From NCBI GenBank assembly GCA_951406725.2, contig OX597816.1, positions 36,146,001 through 36,210,000 of the forward strand: a stretch of 64,000 nt of DNA, given 5' to 3'. The notes beneath the pieces were generated by a model. That model worked only from the letters and a program-made list of their open reading frames with translations. It was not told the origin of the DNA and ran no database searches. Below are positions 39,270 to 53,806 of this stretch, piece after piece. Both the position numbers and the translations under genes were made by a program. The stretch comes from Octopus vulgaris. Taxonomy: Eukaryota. The stretch's first letter is position 1, and each line of letters begins with the position of its first letter.

Positions 39270-41160
39270 AAAGAATATGTACATACATGTGTATTAAAGA
39301 AACTAAGCAACATTGGAATCCAAGGGATTAAACTCCCAACATGTGATGATAGATGTGGTTCGATCAGGCTCGGCAAACATAATCAGTAGCGTCCCACAAC
39401 CTCTGTGTTGGGTCCACTCCTTTTTCTGGCTTCACAAAAATGACATCATTGTCGTCATCAAACAGTTGTTTTAGAATTATCGCGGATGACTAATGTTTTG
39501 AAAGGCGTGAATTGGGCGATTTTTTTGTCTGTTATCTGATAGACAGAGAAACACAATATGCAGATTAACGGGAATATATTTGAATGAATTCTCTTGGGTA
39601 AGGTAGCCGCACTTGCCTCGTATGCAAACGTCATGACATCAAACACCACTACGGTATTCGGTATAACTGCCGACAACAATATAAGCTGGAGTGGCCACAT
39701 ATATAACGAAATCGACATGGCCTGCAAGGCTTGCTCTTTGATCCTTAAGAGTTTGGGGCTAGAGATGCTCATACCATTATCCTCCTCCTTTCAACCCTCA
39801 CCCATCCCCAACTTGGATACTGTTTTCTGCTGTGTCCTCCCGAAACAAAGCAAAATATAAAATTTGAAGAACACCAGAAATTCATCACAAGAAAGTAGTG
39901 ATGTATAGTGTTAATCGGGTTAGTCTCGAGAAGCTCAATTTTATTCCATCCAATGCCGTTGCAAGAGCTATATCATTTGCAAGTTGAAGACGGCGAGATG
40001 GCAGAAATGTTAGCACGCCGGGCGAAGTGCTTAGCGGTATTTCGTCAGCCGCTCTGTTCTGAATTCAAATTCCGCCGAATCGACTTTGCCTTTCATCCTT
40101 TCGGGGTCGATAAATTAAGTACCAGTTACGCACTGGGGTCGATGTAATCGACTTAATACCTATGTCTGTCCTTGTTTGTCCTCTCTGTGTTTAGCCCCTT
40201 GTGGGTAATAAAGAAATAGAAATAGGTATTTCGTCAGCCGCTTTGTTCTGAATTCAAATTCCGCCGAGGTCGACATTGCCTTTCATCCTTTCGGGGTCGA
40301 TTAACTAAGTACCAGTTACGCACTGGGGTCGATATAATCGACTTAATCCGTTTGTCTGTCCTTGTTTGTCCCCTCTATGTTTAGCCCCTTGTGGGCAATA
40401 AAGAAATAAGAAACGTTAGCACGCCGGGCGAAATGCTTAGCGGTATTTCGTCTGCAGCTACGTTCTGAGTTCAAATTCCGCCGATATCGACTCTGCCTTT
40501 CATCCTTTCGGGTTCAATAAATAAAGTACCAGCTTCGCACTGGGGTCGATGTAATCGACTTAATCCCTTTGTCTGTCCTTGTTTGTCCCTCTATGTTTAG
40601 CCCCTTGTGGGCAATAAAGAAATAAGAAACGTTAGCACGCCGGGCGAAATGCTTAGTAGTATTTCGTCTGCAACTACGTTCTGAGTTCAAATTCCTTTCG
40701 GGTTCAAAAAATAAAGTACCAGTTTCGCGCTGGTGTCGATGTAATCGACTTAATCCCTTTGTCTGTCCTTGTTTGTCCCCTCTATGTTTAGCTCCTTGTG
40801 GGTAGTAAAGAAATATATATCATTTGCGCGTTGTGGTAAAAATGCCAACACCAATACGCAAATGATACTGCCATCATCTATAAAAGTTAACCCAAAGTTT
40901 CGCCGCTGTGCCTTCCGTCATCTACAAAAGTCATGCCCGAGTCATTAAGACTTTAATTCACTTCTACTGGCCCAGTTTTCTTTAACATCATGACAAGATA
41001 CCTGAGAGAAGAAAAAAATCGCGTAACATCCAAACGAGTCTTGGACAAATATCGCCAACAAATTTCAGATAAAACATTTACACCCGGATGTATAGTCGCA
41101 AAAAAATAATTCTTCACTCGAAGTGATGCTCTTAAGTTATACTTGCCAACGGTTAATTAT
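39270..41160 (+). mobile_element. Decayed CR1/L2/Jockey-group LINE 3' portion, interrupted by a SINE B multimer
   Basis: VPQ..LGPL-like motif (~39390), FGIT.DNNISWSGHI; continuation after 40827; clade assignment uncertain. Confidence 0.55.
39987..40815 (+). mobile_element. Tandem tetramer of SINE family B with 12-bp target-site duplication
   Basis: Units about 39987-40218, 40223-40410, 40411-40625 and 40626-40815; TATATCATTTGC at 39969-39980 and 40816-40827. Confidence 0.88.
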
Positions 41161-41177
41161 GACAGAAAATTATCCAA

Positions 41178-41188
41178 GTGTGCGTGTG

Positions 41189-41270
<82 letters not shown>

Positions 41271-41295
41271 TGCGTGTATGTGTGTGTTGTGTGCG
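41178..41295 (+). repeat. (TG)n microsatellite
   Basis: Direct reading. Confidence 0.95.
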
Positions 41296-41574
41296 TTAAC
41301 TGGCTCGTCTACAACATTGGGAGCTCTCCTAGATTCGGCTTCTTCATGTGTTTCTAATGCGCTTTCACTCTTCTTGGTAAAATCATTTGATTCTTTCCAG
41401 CTTGTTCAGGAGTTTAAGTGTCCCTAAGTATTTGCTTATTATCAGCATTGGAAGTCCTCCTGGCTGCTGTTTGATCTCGATTTTCATTTGCACGGACCTT
41501 TCTCTTCCTCGCTGCAGCTTTTTTTTTTTATTGTAAACAGGTCATCTGTTGGCGGAGATTTATTTTTACGTGGC

Positions 41575-42110
41575 ATACTGATGTCCTCAGGCAAGCAGGA
41601 ATACCAAGCATGTTTGCACTCCTCACACAAAGACGTATGAGATGGCTTGGGCATGTTAGCCGTATGAAAGATGGCAGAATCCCCAAGGTCATACTCTACG
41701 GAGAGCTTGGTAGGGGTACCCGGTCTGTCAGTAGACCGCTCTTACGTTACAAGGATGTTTGCAAAAGGGACATGAAGGCCTGCAACATCAATATTAGCGG
41801 TTGGGAGGCGGTTGCCGGCAACCGTGGAGACTGGCGACGTACGTAAGAGAGGGAATACAAAGGAGTGACAGAGAGAGAGAGAGGAGAAATGGAAAGACAA
41901 GAAAAGACGTCAACAGGAGACTATGGCATTACAACCAGCCAGGAACAGTCTTCGCTACATTTGCGCTACCTGCCAGAAGGAGTGTTTGTCCAGGATAGGA
42001 CTACACAGCCACAGCAGGAGATGTATCAGGACATGAAATATAAAAGCCGGACTAGACTACTTTATGCGCAACTCCATTGTCTCCCGAGACAAAAAGGATG
42101 CCAACCAACT
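41575..42110 (+). mobile_element. RTE-clade LINE 3' end
   Basis: RRMRWLGHVSRMKDGRIPKVILYGEL..G.R...RP.LRYKDVCKRDMK; terminal C2H2 CATCQKECLSRIGLHSH. Confidence 0.88.
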
Positions 42111-42333
42111 GCTGCCGTATGCGATTGGTAACAATAAACTACAGAACTGAAAAATTATCATTGTATTTAAGTATTACATTAATATTTAAGCCTAACTTTT
42201 AAATGTTCAACGACAATTCTTCTCTTAATTTGAAAACAATTTTCGCACTTTTCTCACAAATAATTATGGGTGACTTACGACTGATTTCGCAATTTATTTC
42301 CATGTTATAAAAATTGTTACATCAATATGCTAA

Positions 42334-42718
42334 TGGAAACACTCCGTCGGTTACGACGATGAGGGTTCCGGTTGATCCGAATCAACTGAACAGCCTGCTC
42401 GTGAAATTAACGTGTAAGTGGCTGAACACTCCACAGACACGTGTACCCTTAACGGAGTTTTCGGGGATATTCAGCGTGACACAGAGAGTGACAAGGCCGG
42501 CCGTTTGAAATACAGGTACAACAGAAACAGGAAGTAAGATTGAGAGAAAGTTGTGGTGAAAGAGTACAGCAGGGATCACCACCATCCCCTGCCGGAGCCT
42601 CGTGGAGCTGTTAGGTGTTTTCGCTCAATAAACACTCACAACGCCCGGTCTGGGAATCGAAACCGCGATCCTATGACCGCGAGTCCGCTGCCCTAACCAC
42701 TGGGCCATTGCGCCTCCA
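42334..42718 (-). mobile_element. tRNA-derived SINE family C (tRNA-Arg-like head)
   Basis: Reverse complement of 53807-54183; A box TGGCCCAGTGG, B box GGTTTCGATTCC. Confidence 0.9.
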
Positions 42719-43611
42719 CAAGAGAAATATACTGCATTAAATGCAGGTAAAGGTTAGATGCAAAGACACATAGAGGAGGGAGAGAGGACGGAGGGGGAAG
42801 AGAGAAAAAAGATTTAGAGATAGAGATTGGGTGAACAAAAGGAATGGATCGAGAATGATAGTGAAAGAGAAAACGATGGTAATATTTTCGTTTTGCACGA
42901 TATATGATAAAGCCATTGTAACAGTTATTCTATGCCGTTTGATAGTTACTTGTATAAAATTTCATTAAAAATATCAATTTTCCTGAAAGTTATGAGGCGG
43001 ACAATGTCAGGTTGTGTGAATTTTCTGAAACTCCTCAACCTGGCCCCCTTAGGAAAAATTTTTCCAACAAATTTTAACCTACACTCATGCAACAAGATGT
43101 AAGCGATTATTGATGGAATTTATGAAGCAACGCAATCGGTGGGGGTATACATCTATAATTAAACCCACAATTTTTCGATATTTATTAAATGAAGTCACTA
43201 TTTAATGATGCTTACACGTTTTATATTTTCTGTCAAGTTTTCATAGGTCCAGTGAGTAAAAACTGTTATCGTACAAAAAAACTCGTCGCCAAAAAATCAC
43301 GTAAAAAAATCACCGAAAAAAATCGCAGTAGTGAAAACTTGAGAATCCAAAATTTCAGGATTGCGGGTCTGCATTCGGCCCTGCATGCTTTTAATTTACT
43401 GACGGAGTCGGCCTGATTCCAAAATGGTATGATATTTTTGGCTACGGCATCTAGGAATAAAGTTGAAAATGTGTGACTCATTGACAGGCTGACATTAACA
43501 TATATTTTGTTATATTATATTATATCATATTATATTATATATAAATATACATATATAAAACTTACTTGGAAACGGACGCGTGACGTTCAGTCATATAATA
43601 ATATCAATAAC

Positions 43612-43648
<37 letters not shown>

Positions 43649-43650
<2 letters not shown>

Positions 43651-43852
43651 GGTCCCGGGTTGATTCGGGGTTAACCACAGTAAGTAAGGCACTCAATACA
43701 TAGCAGAGTAAAATTAATTTATTATATAGAAGGAGCTTCTACAGGACTAGTACTGTTTCATTCAAGAGAAATCTTCAGGAAGCTTCCTGAAGATTTCTCT
43801 TGAATGAAACAGTACTAGTCCTGTAGAAGCTCCTTCTATATAATAAATTAAT
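43649..43852. mobile_element. PLE-type terminal fragment forming a perfect 140-bp palindrome (43713-43852), inside (TA)n
   Basis: 70-bp arms, no mismatch, no spacer, centre at 43782/43783; (TA)n on both sides. Confidence 0.85.
43781..43831 (+). ncRNA. Type I hammerhead ribozyme (mirror copy on the minus strand at 43734-43784)
   Basis: AGCTTC-CTGAAGA-T-TTC-TCTT-GAA-T-GAAA-CAG-TACTAGTC-CTG-TA-GAAGCT; GUA cleavage triplet ending at 43825; U-U at the base of stem II. Confidence 0.75.
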
Positions 43853-43924
43853 ATATATATATATATATATATATGCATATTTACATATATATATGTACAT
43901 ATTTACATATATATGTATATACAC

Positions 43925-44385
43925 AGGACGTCATAGAACTTAGACAACATGAAATACGAAAACATGGAATACGAAGTTTTTGCGAACAACGAAAGAAACA
44001 TAGAGACAAAAAGACAAAACATGAAGAACGAGCCTTCATCAGTTGTCGGCTGGTTTATCTCCTCTATATTTCGAGCATTTTGATAAGATGTGCTTTCGTC
44101 AACACAGTTACTCCCGTAAAGCAAATTAAATAACATTTCGGATTTCCGCAGGGTCAAAAATCAATAGCAAAAAAGGACAATGTAAACGGTAAGCCATGAC
44201 GAGGTGAGGTGGCGGCCGCTGGATAAACAAGCTTTGACAGCAGATGCAAGGATGCCACTGATCTCTTGTAGCGGATAGGAAGAAAAGAAATAAATTCGAG
44301 TTAGGAAAAGGAAGATGGCGTATGGTTACGTGTGAGCAACGAGAGAGTAAAGGAGGAAGAGTGAGGGAGAGAGAGGGACAGTCAT
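43925..44385 (-). mobile_element. Putative PLE-derived terminal fragment with degenerate HHR-like motif
   Basis: Minus strand TTGACGA-A-AGCA...TGCT-C-GAAA-TA-TA (~44102->44064); 44110-44380 resembles 63550-63820; ends at (TA)n. Confidence 0.45.
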
Positions 44386-44389
44386 GAAA

Positions 44390-44580
44390 CTTTCAGTCAT
44401 TAAACTGCAGCCATGCTAACGCAACGCCTTCACGAATTGTGCATCGAGTACATATTTATTTTAAGCCCGCTACTTATTCTCTCGGTGTCTTCTGCCGGGT
44501 CGCAACACGCAGTGGATCTGAACCCGAAACTATGTGGTTGGGAGGCAAACCTCTTACCACACAAGCATGACTGCACCCAT
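44390..44580 (-). mobile_element. Deleted SINE family A remnant
   Basis: TTTCAGTCATT...GCCATGCT...ACGCAGTGGATCTGAACCC...CTTACCACAC. Confidence 0.6.
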
Positions 44581-45295
44581 GTTTGCTTAACAGTGAATTT
44601 ATGAAATAACAGTAATACGGTTGGATTTAAAACTAGATAAATTTGCAACCTTAGTAGATAATAGACACGCACCTACGCAAAACCACACATACACAGAAAT
44701 TCACACGCACGCACACACTCACACACACATATGCACACACAAACACACATATGAGCCACAGTAAAATAAAGCAAGACAACATATTTGATAAATTTTTTGC
44801 CATTATTACTTCAATTCTCCCTTATCAAAACTTTCTAGACACACTTTCTTGGCGTTGTACTGCAGACTAAATAAAGCGATGGTGAAACCTTATATGTTTG
44901 TTCCCGATTCATTAGTTACATCAGTTCATTAACTGGCAGCAATTCATAAGGATTGATGAGAAATAAATTACTCGCAATATACTATGTATGCTATTAGATG
45001 CAGGGAGGAGCTTAAGACGTTTCAACTACCTTGGGTGTATGTCAATTATACCACCGACACACTAAAATCTCTGTGGAGTTACAGATACAAGGATCCAGGT
45101 CTCCGTAGAAGGTATAAAAACAACTTTCAAGAAATTAAAGTGATTTATTGACGTAGAAGGTGTTAAATGTTTCTCATATCGATTTCTATAGGGTGAAAAA
45201 TGTCATTTTATAATTCACGGGGCTATAGATCACGGCCCATGTTAACTCCTTCGAATTTACATGAGACCCTTTGACTACAGTGGAACTTTCATTTG

Positions 45296-45390
45296 ACTTT
45301 GGCCTGATGAGTAGCTAGCGGAGTACCCCTAGTTTTGTAATTACTACTTCCGAGTTTCTGCTAGCTAGGAAACATATATACCCTAGACTT
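45296..45390 (+). ncRNA. Degenerate hammerhead-like motif with long stem II
   Basis: CTGATGA (45304) G TAGCTAGCGGA...TCTGCTAGCTA G GAAA CATATA TA; stems I and III decayed; (TA)n about 30 nt downstream. Confidence 0.5.
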
Positions 45391-46021
45391 TACCTACTTC
45401 ATTTCCTAAATTTACATTATATATATATATATATATATATATACTCACAAGAAGACAAAAATCACATTCATGCACTCAATTGAAAATAACCTAGAATAGC
45501 TGCTCGCTTGTTTCGACGAGGAGAATTTCCACTTTCTATCGACTGAAATATTTGTGATTTGAAGTAGCTTCAATGCAATTGAGCACTTCATAATCACGAG
45601 TAGCTATATCGACATTCTCAGTTATAAGCAGTTTGACACTTTCCGTCAAGGGTTAATATAAATTTACTAAAAATTCCTACGTTGCATGCGTCTACAATGT
45701 TTCTTCTCGTTATAATTATCTGTCAGGTGAGAAAGTTAGTGATGAAATTTCGATACTAGTTAAAATACATCATTTTATTCAATAGTAAATACATTTTTAT
45801 AGGACATTTACAGATACATTAACCGACGAGAAGCTATAGTAAAAGACTATTAGACAAGATACCACACAATGAGATTTAACCAGGAATCTTGTGATTGCGA
45901 ATTTACAATTAGATTATGAATGCCTAGGTACAATTATGCCTACATACCTACCTACTTATATCGGTAAACAGACCTACATGCACACATACGAACATATATG
46001 CATACACACATATATATATAC

Positions 46022-46332
46022 ATATTTCTTTACTACCCACAAGGGGCTAAACAGACCTACATGCACACATACGAACATATATGCATACACACATATATAC
46101 ATATTTCTTTACTACCCACAAGGGGATAAACACAGAGAGGACAAACAAGGACAGACAAGCGGATTAAGTCGATTATATCGACCCCAGTGCGTAACTGGTA
46201 CTTATTTAATCGACCCCGAAAGGATGAAAGGCAAAGTCGACCCCGGCGGAATTTGAACTCAGAACGTAATGGCAGACGCAATACCGTTTAGCATTTCGCC
46301 CGGTCTGCTAACGATTCTGCCAGCTCGCCGCC
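46022..46332 (-). mobile_element. SINE family B, with about 80-bp tandem duplication at its 3' junction
   Basis: Family match; 45968-46046 repeated at 46051-46125. Confidence 0.88.
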
Positions 46333-46663
46333 TCTATATACATACATATATACAAGTGTACATTTTCTAATAAAAATGTACATACAAGCAAACATGCATG
46401 CACACATACACAAGCCATGCATGCATTCACACAGAGTGACATACAAACTTATATGTTTGTCATAGGGAATTTGGGATGATAAGTCATTCTGTGGTGAAGT
46501 AATGTGACATTTACAATATCATAGTGATTTATAGATTTTCATTTGTACATTTTGTCAGTGGGCACTAGAATGTGAAACAACGTCCGCAAAAAAGACTACG
46601 ATTCCTGAGTTCCTCTGAGAAAAAAAATAGCAAATTTATTTGTATATTCCAAATTGAAGCCCT

Positions 46664-47110
46664 CTTTTACTCTTTTTTACTCTTTTACTCTTTTAATTGT
46701 TTCAGTCATTTGAGCACCGCCTTTAGTCATGGAGCACCGCCTTTAGTCGAGCAAATCGACCACGGGACGTATTCTTTGTAAGCCCAGTACTTATTCTATC
46801 GGTCTCTTTTGCTGAACCGCTAAGTGACGGGGACGTAAACACACCAGCATCGGTTGTCAAGCAATGCTAGGGGGACAAACACAGACACACAAACACGCAC
46901 ACAGGCATACATATATATACATATATACGACAGGCTTCTTTCAGTTTCCGTCTACCAAATCCACTCACAAGGCATTGGTCGGCCCGGGGCTAAAGCAGAA
47001 GACAGTTGCCCAAGATGCCACGCAGTGGGACTGAACCCGAAACCTTGTGGTTGGTTAGCAAGCTACTTACCACACAGCCACTCCTGTGCCTATAAGCCAC
47101 TCCTGCGCCA
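46664..47110 (-). mobile_element. SINE family A
   Basis: Family match; short internal duplications (GAGCACCGCCTTTAGTC; AGCCACTCCTG). Confidence 0.9.
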
Positions 47111-47205
47111 TTAAGTTTTTCAGTGAAAATTTGTAAACTATTCCCACGACATTCAAATTCACTTCAATTATGTATGAAGGTATGCACACACACACACACA
47201 CACAC

Positions 47206-47315
<110 letters not shown>

Positions 47316-47339
47316 ATACAGATATACATTTGTAAACTA

Positions 47340-47700
47340 TTTGATAGTCATGATGTTTTAGCGAAGACACTCTATAATGAAATGCTTCGGACTGATAACC
47401 CCGAGGACAAGGAAATAAGAAACCACAGTATGGTGGAAACTATAACCACTCATAATAAAATGTAGTGGTGGAATGACGTAGTGAGGACCTCAATAATGTG
47501 TAAGCACAAGAGACCTGATATAAGGATTTGTGACAGAGAAGAGTAACTGCATACAGTTGCGGAAATTAGCTGCCCGACGGGTGTTCGAGAAAGCTGTTTC
47601 GAAGACTATAGACCCAATCCATCACTAGAACTGTAAATATCTGTAACAATTTCCAGAATTTCAACATTTAAATATATATGAGTATGTCTAGACATGCAAC
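47340..47700 (+). mobile_element. REL-endonuclease LINE remnant (R4/NeSL-like)
   Basis: From 47466: WWNDVVRTSIMCKHKRPDIRICDREE*LHTVAEISCP (RPD...E-S-CP motif). Confidence 0.65.
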
Positions 47701-47856
47701 GACATTTATGAGAATGAATAGATAAAGCAAAATATAAAAATCTGCACGTATACATACATACATGCATGCATACATACATACATACATACATACATACATA
47801 CATACATACATACATACATACGTACATACATACATACATACTTACATACATACAGG

Positions 47857-49333
<1,477 letters not shown>

Positions 49334-49694
49334 CTTATATACATATATACATACATACATACAAAAATGCTTTGTTGTTGATGTAGACATTCCAATGAAG
49401 GAGTCTTTTCTGTTTTTCTCTTTTTCTATTGGAAAAAAAATCTTGAAATAAAACTGAAAAATGACCTACATAAAAGAAAAATACAATCCAAACAGTATAG
49501 ATATTTACCATATAAATGTATGGTGGGTTTAGCGAAATACTAATGTGAAAATCACAAAATAACCTGGGCAGATGTACGCAATATGAGACCAAAAAGGGTT
49601 CAACTCCTATTGCTAGCAATATTAGTAGTATAAGTCGCAATTATCGACGATTTTTTGGTTTTGTATTGCGTATGGCTGCGTACGCGAGTTTATA

Positions 49695-49731
<37 letters not shown>

Positions 49732-51447
49732 TTACAGATAGAGATTTGGTATTTGAGTTAAAGTTGTTGATTATCCAGGAACACTTGATAAGTTGATGAC
49801 AAGTCAATAGCTTTGGATGATATAAACACTAAAGCTGAAGGCGAGAAAAAGTTGCTGACATGGAAGGCTCGAAGCTATCCGAATATTGAAATAGAGTTAC
49901 ATGTATGATGATGATTTGCACTGGATATCAAAAGGCTGGCATCACGACTTCTAATTAATGCTTAGTGCACATTGTAAACACACACAGCAACTATACCCTC
50001 AGTCCTTTTGCCCCTGCATTAATAACAATGACAAATCATCCAGCACCACAAAATTACTTGATCCATCTAACTGACAGATCAGATGCAATTTAAAATCTCT
50101 AATCCACTTGGTATCCTGGGTGTAATATACCAACACCTACGTATGCTGCAGATACGTTTCTGTAACACATTCGCAAACTGTGGACAACTGTAGAGAGCTT
50201 ACTAACATTTAATTAAATGAAATACAGAGCATAGAGTTTTCAGCCGTATTCCATTTAAGAGAAATAATGATAAATTTACAATGCTAAACATCGTGCTACT
50301 TGCACACGTAATAGTCGTAGATATAATAGAAGCATGCACCATTAAACTCTTGTGCCCCAACATGCCTAAGGATTATGCATGACCTGCATGCTTGGGGATT
50401 GAATACGCTTCTCCTGTATAAATATTCTAAGGAAATATGTAATGAGAGACATGTAAGCGGAAAGATGATACTCGTTGTTCATGTGTGTATGGTTATAACC
50501 CATATACACATATAGATACATACATTTTCAGACAGACAGGCAGATAGATATAGACGTGGAAACACTGGAGAAAAGCTAAAAATACGTTAAATTTTTATAT
50601 TTATTTAGGCTTTTTCAAAAACGAAGGCACAAATATTTGGTTCGCCAAAAAGGACATTCTATTACTCGGGACACTAAACTTCTAGCACTCTCATAAGTAA
50701 CTAAGTACAGTCCGTCTCTTGCGCATGAACACACAAGTTACATACTTAATATTTCGACGTAGTCCCGACGCCATATCACGACAGGACAGGTTTTATTTTG
50801 TGTGCTTGGAATCACCCTGAAAATTGGGAACCAAAACACGTAATGCTTTTTTTATTATTATTTTAGAAACAGTAACGATGAAGTCGTTCTCAAGATTTCG
50901 ATCGGTAAAACTTTTCGAATCAAGATACACCACGCTCAAATCAACCAACTGAGATAAATTGCGACACCAATCCTCCTTATGCAACCAGGATGGTCGCATA
51001 TGGTCCTTAAATATTGAAACTGAGTGTTGAAATCCACCTGAATCAACAGATGAGCGGCGTACTGCCACAAAGTAAGATATCAACTGAAGATGCATATGCT
51101 TTTATTTTGCTAGATTAGAAGTGTGTTGTCTTTTGCAAGCTACTGTCCCTGGGCAAGGCCTTCAGTTCGATGACGTACTGTGACAATTTGGATAACTTAA
51201 ACACAGTCGGCTATAATAATGTAGACTTCCAGTCTTATTGCTTAGAAGGTATGGCGTTGTAGAGAAAACAAATGGATGAAAATATTACAGATGCTTAAAA
51301 ATCGGAGAAAAACTGGTTATTTTTGGCCAATAGCGAGAGAGAAATTTTCTACGCTTAGCGGAACGGTGTCAACTTTAAGTATGTAGCCTGTTAAATTTAC
51401 AGTTTAGCGTCTAATCTGTTTATTGTAGGTTTCTAAATAAACAGAAA

Positions 51448-51845
51448 TCTTTATATATAAAAGTCAAGTTGTGTGTCTGTCTCCTACGATTTAGATTCCT
51501 AACTACTCCCACATTTTGCGGTGCAGTGTAACCAAAAGCGGGTATCTTATAGTCGTGATTCATATCGAGCCCTTCTGGGTATTAGCGCGCGTCTACGATG
51601 AGTCTACGGTTTTTAAAATAATTTACCATCATTTTTTTTCATTTTAATGCATTTTTTTCGCTATTATATAAGGGAAGTAACTCTCTAAAAATGTCTACGA
51701 TGAGTCATTGATTTTTAAAAAAATTACCATCATCTTTTTTCCATTTTTAATGCATTTTTTTCCTATTTTTTGGCTATAACTCTCTAAAAATGCTTATATA
51801 GTTATTTCCCTTACAAACCCGAGCAACGCCAGGCGATACCGCTAG
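51448..51845 (+). mobile_element. Non-autonomous Helitron
   Basis: A|TC start, subterminal CCCGAGCAACGCCAGG hairpin, CTAG|T end, no TSD; internal tandem duplication. Confidence 0.85.
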
Positions 51846-52812
51846 TATCTAATAAAATCAACATGTATCATCTTTTTGCTTCTTTTCTCACTTCATTGAT
51901 TGTATGATTTTTATAATTTTTTTTAAAATTTGATATATCAATATATTTGTCTGCATGTATTTACTTTATGCTTACTTCAGTATTATGTATACCTCCCATG
52001 TATTAATGTACATCATTATTATATAAATACGTGCATGCTTGTTTGTTTGTTTGTGTGTGTGTGTGTGTGAATAGGAGGCGTCTGTCTCTAAAGCTCCAAA
52101 TTGAAGTAACCTTTTCATGCTTAATTGTAAACTACAATAAGATTAACACTGGTCAACATAGAGGTTGTCCTAAGGAAAAGAATACCTGTATCTTATATGT
52201 CTTTGCATTTAGAATTGAACAATGTCAGTTTATTTGTATCACACGCAGTTTCTCTGTTCCACGATGTCCCTCTCAGTTCCTGTTATGTGGGATGAATTTA
52301 ATTTAAACCGTTGAAATACTCCTAATTTATTATTTTTTTAATGAATAGAATTAACCTAGTGAAATCATAAATACAGCTGAGTAACTGAGTTCCAAAAATA
52401 TATGAAAGGAAAAATATGTAAAAATACTAACACACAGAAAAAGCACAGAAAAATACTAACACACAGAAGCACAGAAAAATATGTAATATACTAACACAGA
52501 AAAATTAAAACAAAACACGCTAGTGAAATCAACATAGACAACCGTGAAACGAAAACAGTGTACCGCATGCGGTCGTCATGGTAACAAGCTGCTGATGCCA
52601 CGCTATCGGTTGCTTGGCTAAAATTACCTACATTTTCCCAACTTTAATGCCAAATAGCATCAGTTTTGTTTTTTTAATTTATGAGATACAGTAATTGGTT
52701 GATCGTAATAAAAATTCAGAGTTGCATCGAGACAGCAAAATTGAAAGCAATCTGAGCAAAATTAAGTGGGGCGCATTTTGAGAATGAGAAAGATTAGATC
52801 CAACTAATGCAG

Positions 52813-52853
<41 letters not shown>

Positions 52854-52990
52854 TGTGTGTGTGTGTATCTACATCTATGGTAGTGATCGTGTAAGACACA
52901 GCACGTAAGGTTGTAGTGTGTGTATACATATATATATATATGTGTTTGTGTGTGTGTGTGAGTAAGAGTGTGTATATACAAGCGCTTTAC

Positions 52991-53032
<42 letters not shown>

Positions 53033-53806
53033 TAAATACACGAAACGGGTATGTTTTTGAATCTCTTTAATAATTCACAATAATGACTTTTATTACTTTT
53101 ATTCCTACCCCAGTTCATCTAATTGTATATATCTATATCTATCGCTACTTTTCATAAAAAGCCTTTACTTTTTTTATTTCTAATGTGCATTTTCGCTTCT
53201 TTTACTTCTTGCTTTCCTCTTACATTTACAACGTGTAGTTCTATGTTCATTTTGTAATATATATATATATCTGCAAGGCAAAGTGCAGCATTTACTTACA
53301 TCTATGTGTATATATAGGTAGATGGGTATATATGTTGATTGGTATACGTACATATGTGCGTACATGTATGTGTATGTATTTATGTGTGTGTATATATATA
53401 GTTGCCTAAATATGGATATTTATATACGCGTATGTACAGGAATGTATGTGTATGCATATATATGTGAATACATGTGTGTGAGTATATGTGTGGTTATGTG
53501 TGTATGTATCAGGCAGCTGAATACTAACGGTCAGCTTTTGAAATTAATATGTGCAGCCAACCATATAGAGCAGATCAGAGATAGAGCCAAATTGAGCATT
53601 TAAATGCCAGCCAGTATCTTTTATTACCTATACATAGCAGCCAGTACCATCCACTACATACACATAGCAGCGCCACAAACGCACCCTCACAACACGCAGC
53701 ATGTGTATGTAAGCCGCTTATAAGCTCAAACCACAACAAAGAGAGAAGATGACCTTGAAGTAGAAGATTTTAAGCTAACGGTGACAACACCCGTATATCG
53801 CCTAAC

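Noticed and set aside
42950-43480. Possible MITE/DNA-transposon terminal sequence
   Set aside because: No matching second end or duplicate copy in the window
49860-51420. Possible hAT/piggyBac remnants (e.g. WCRNLSQLVDL in ORF 50793-51095)
   Set aside because: Similarity too weak; no TIR or TSD found
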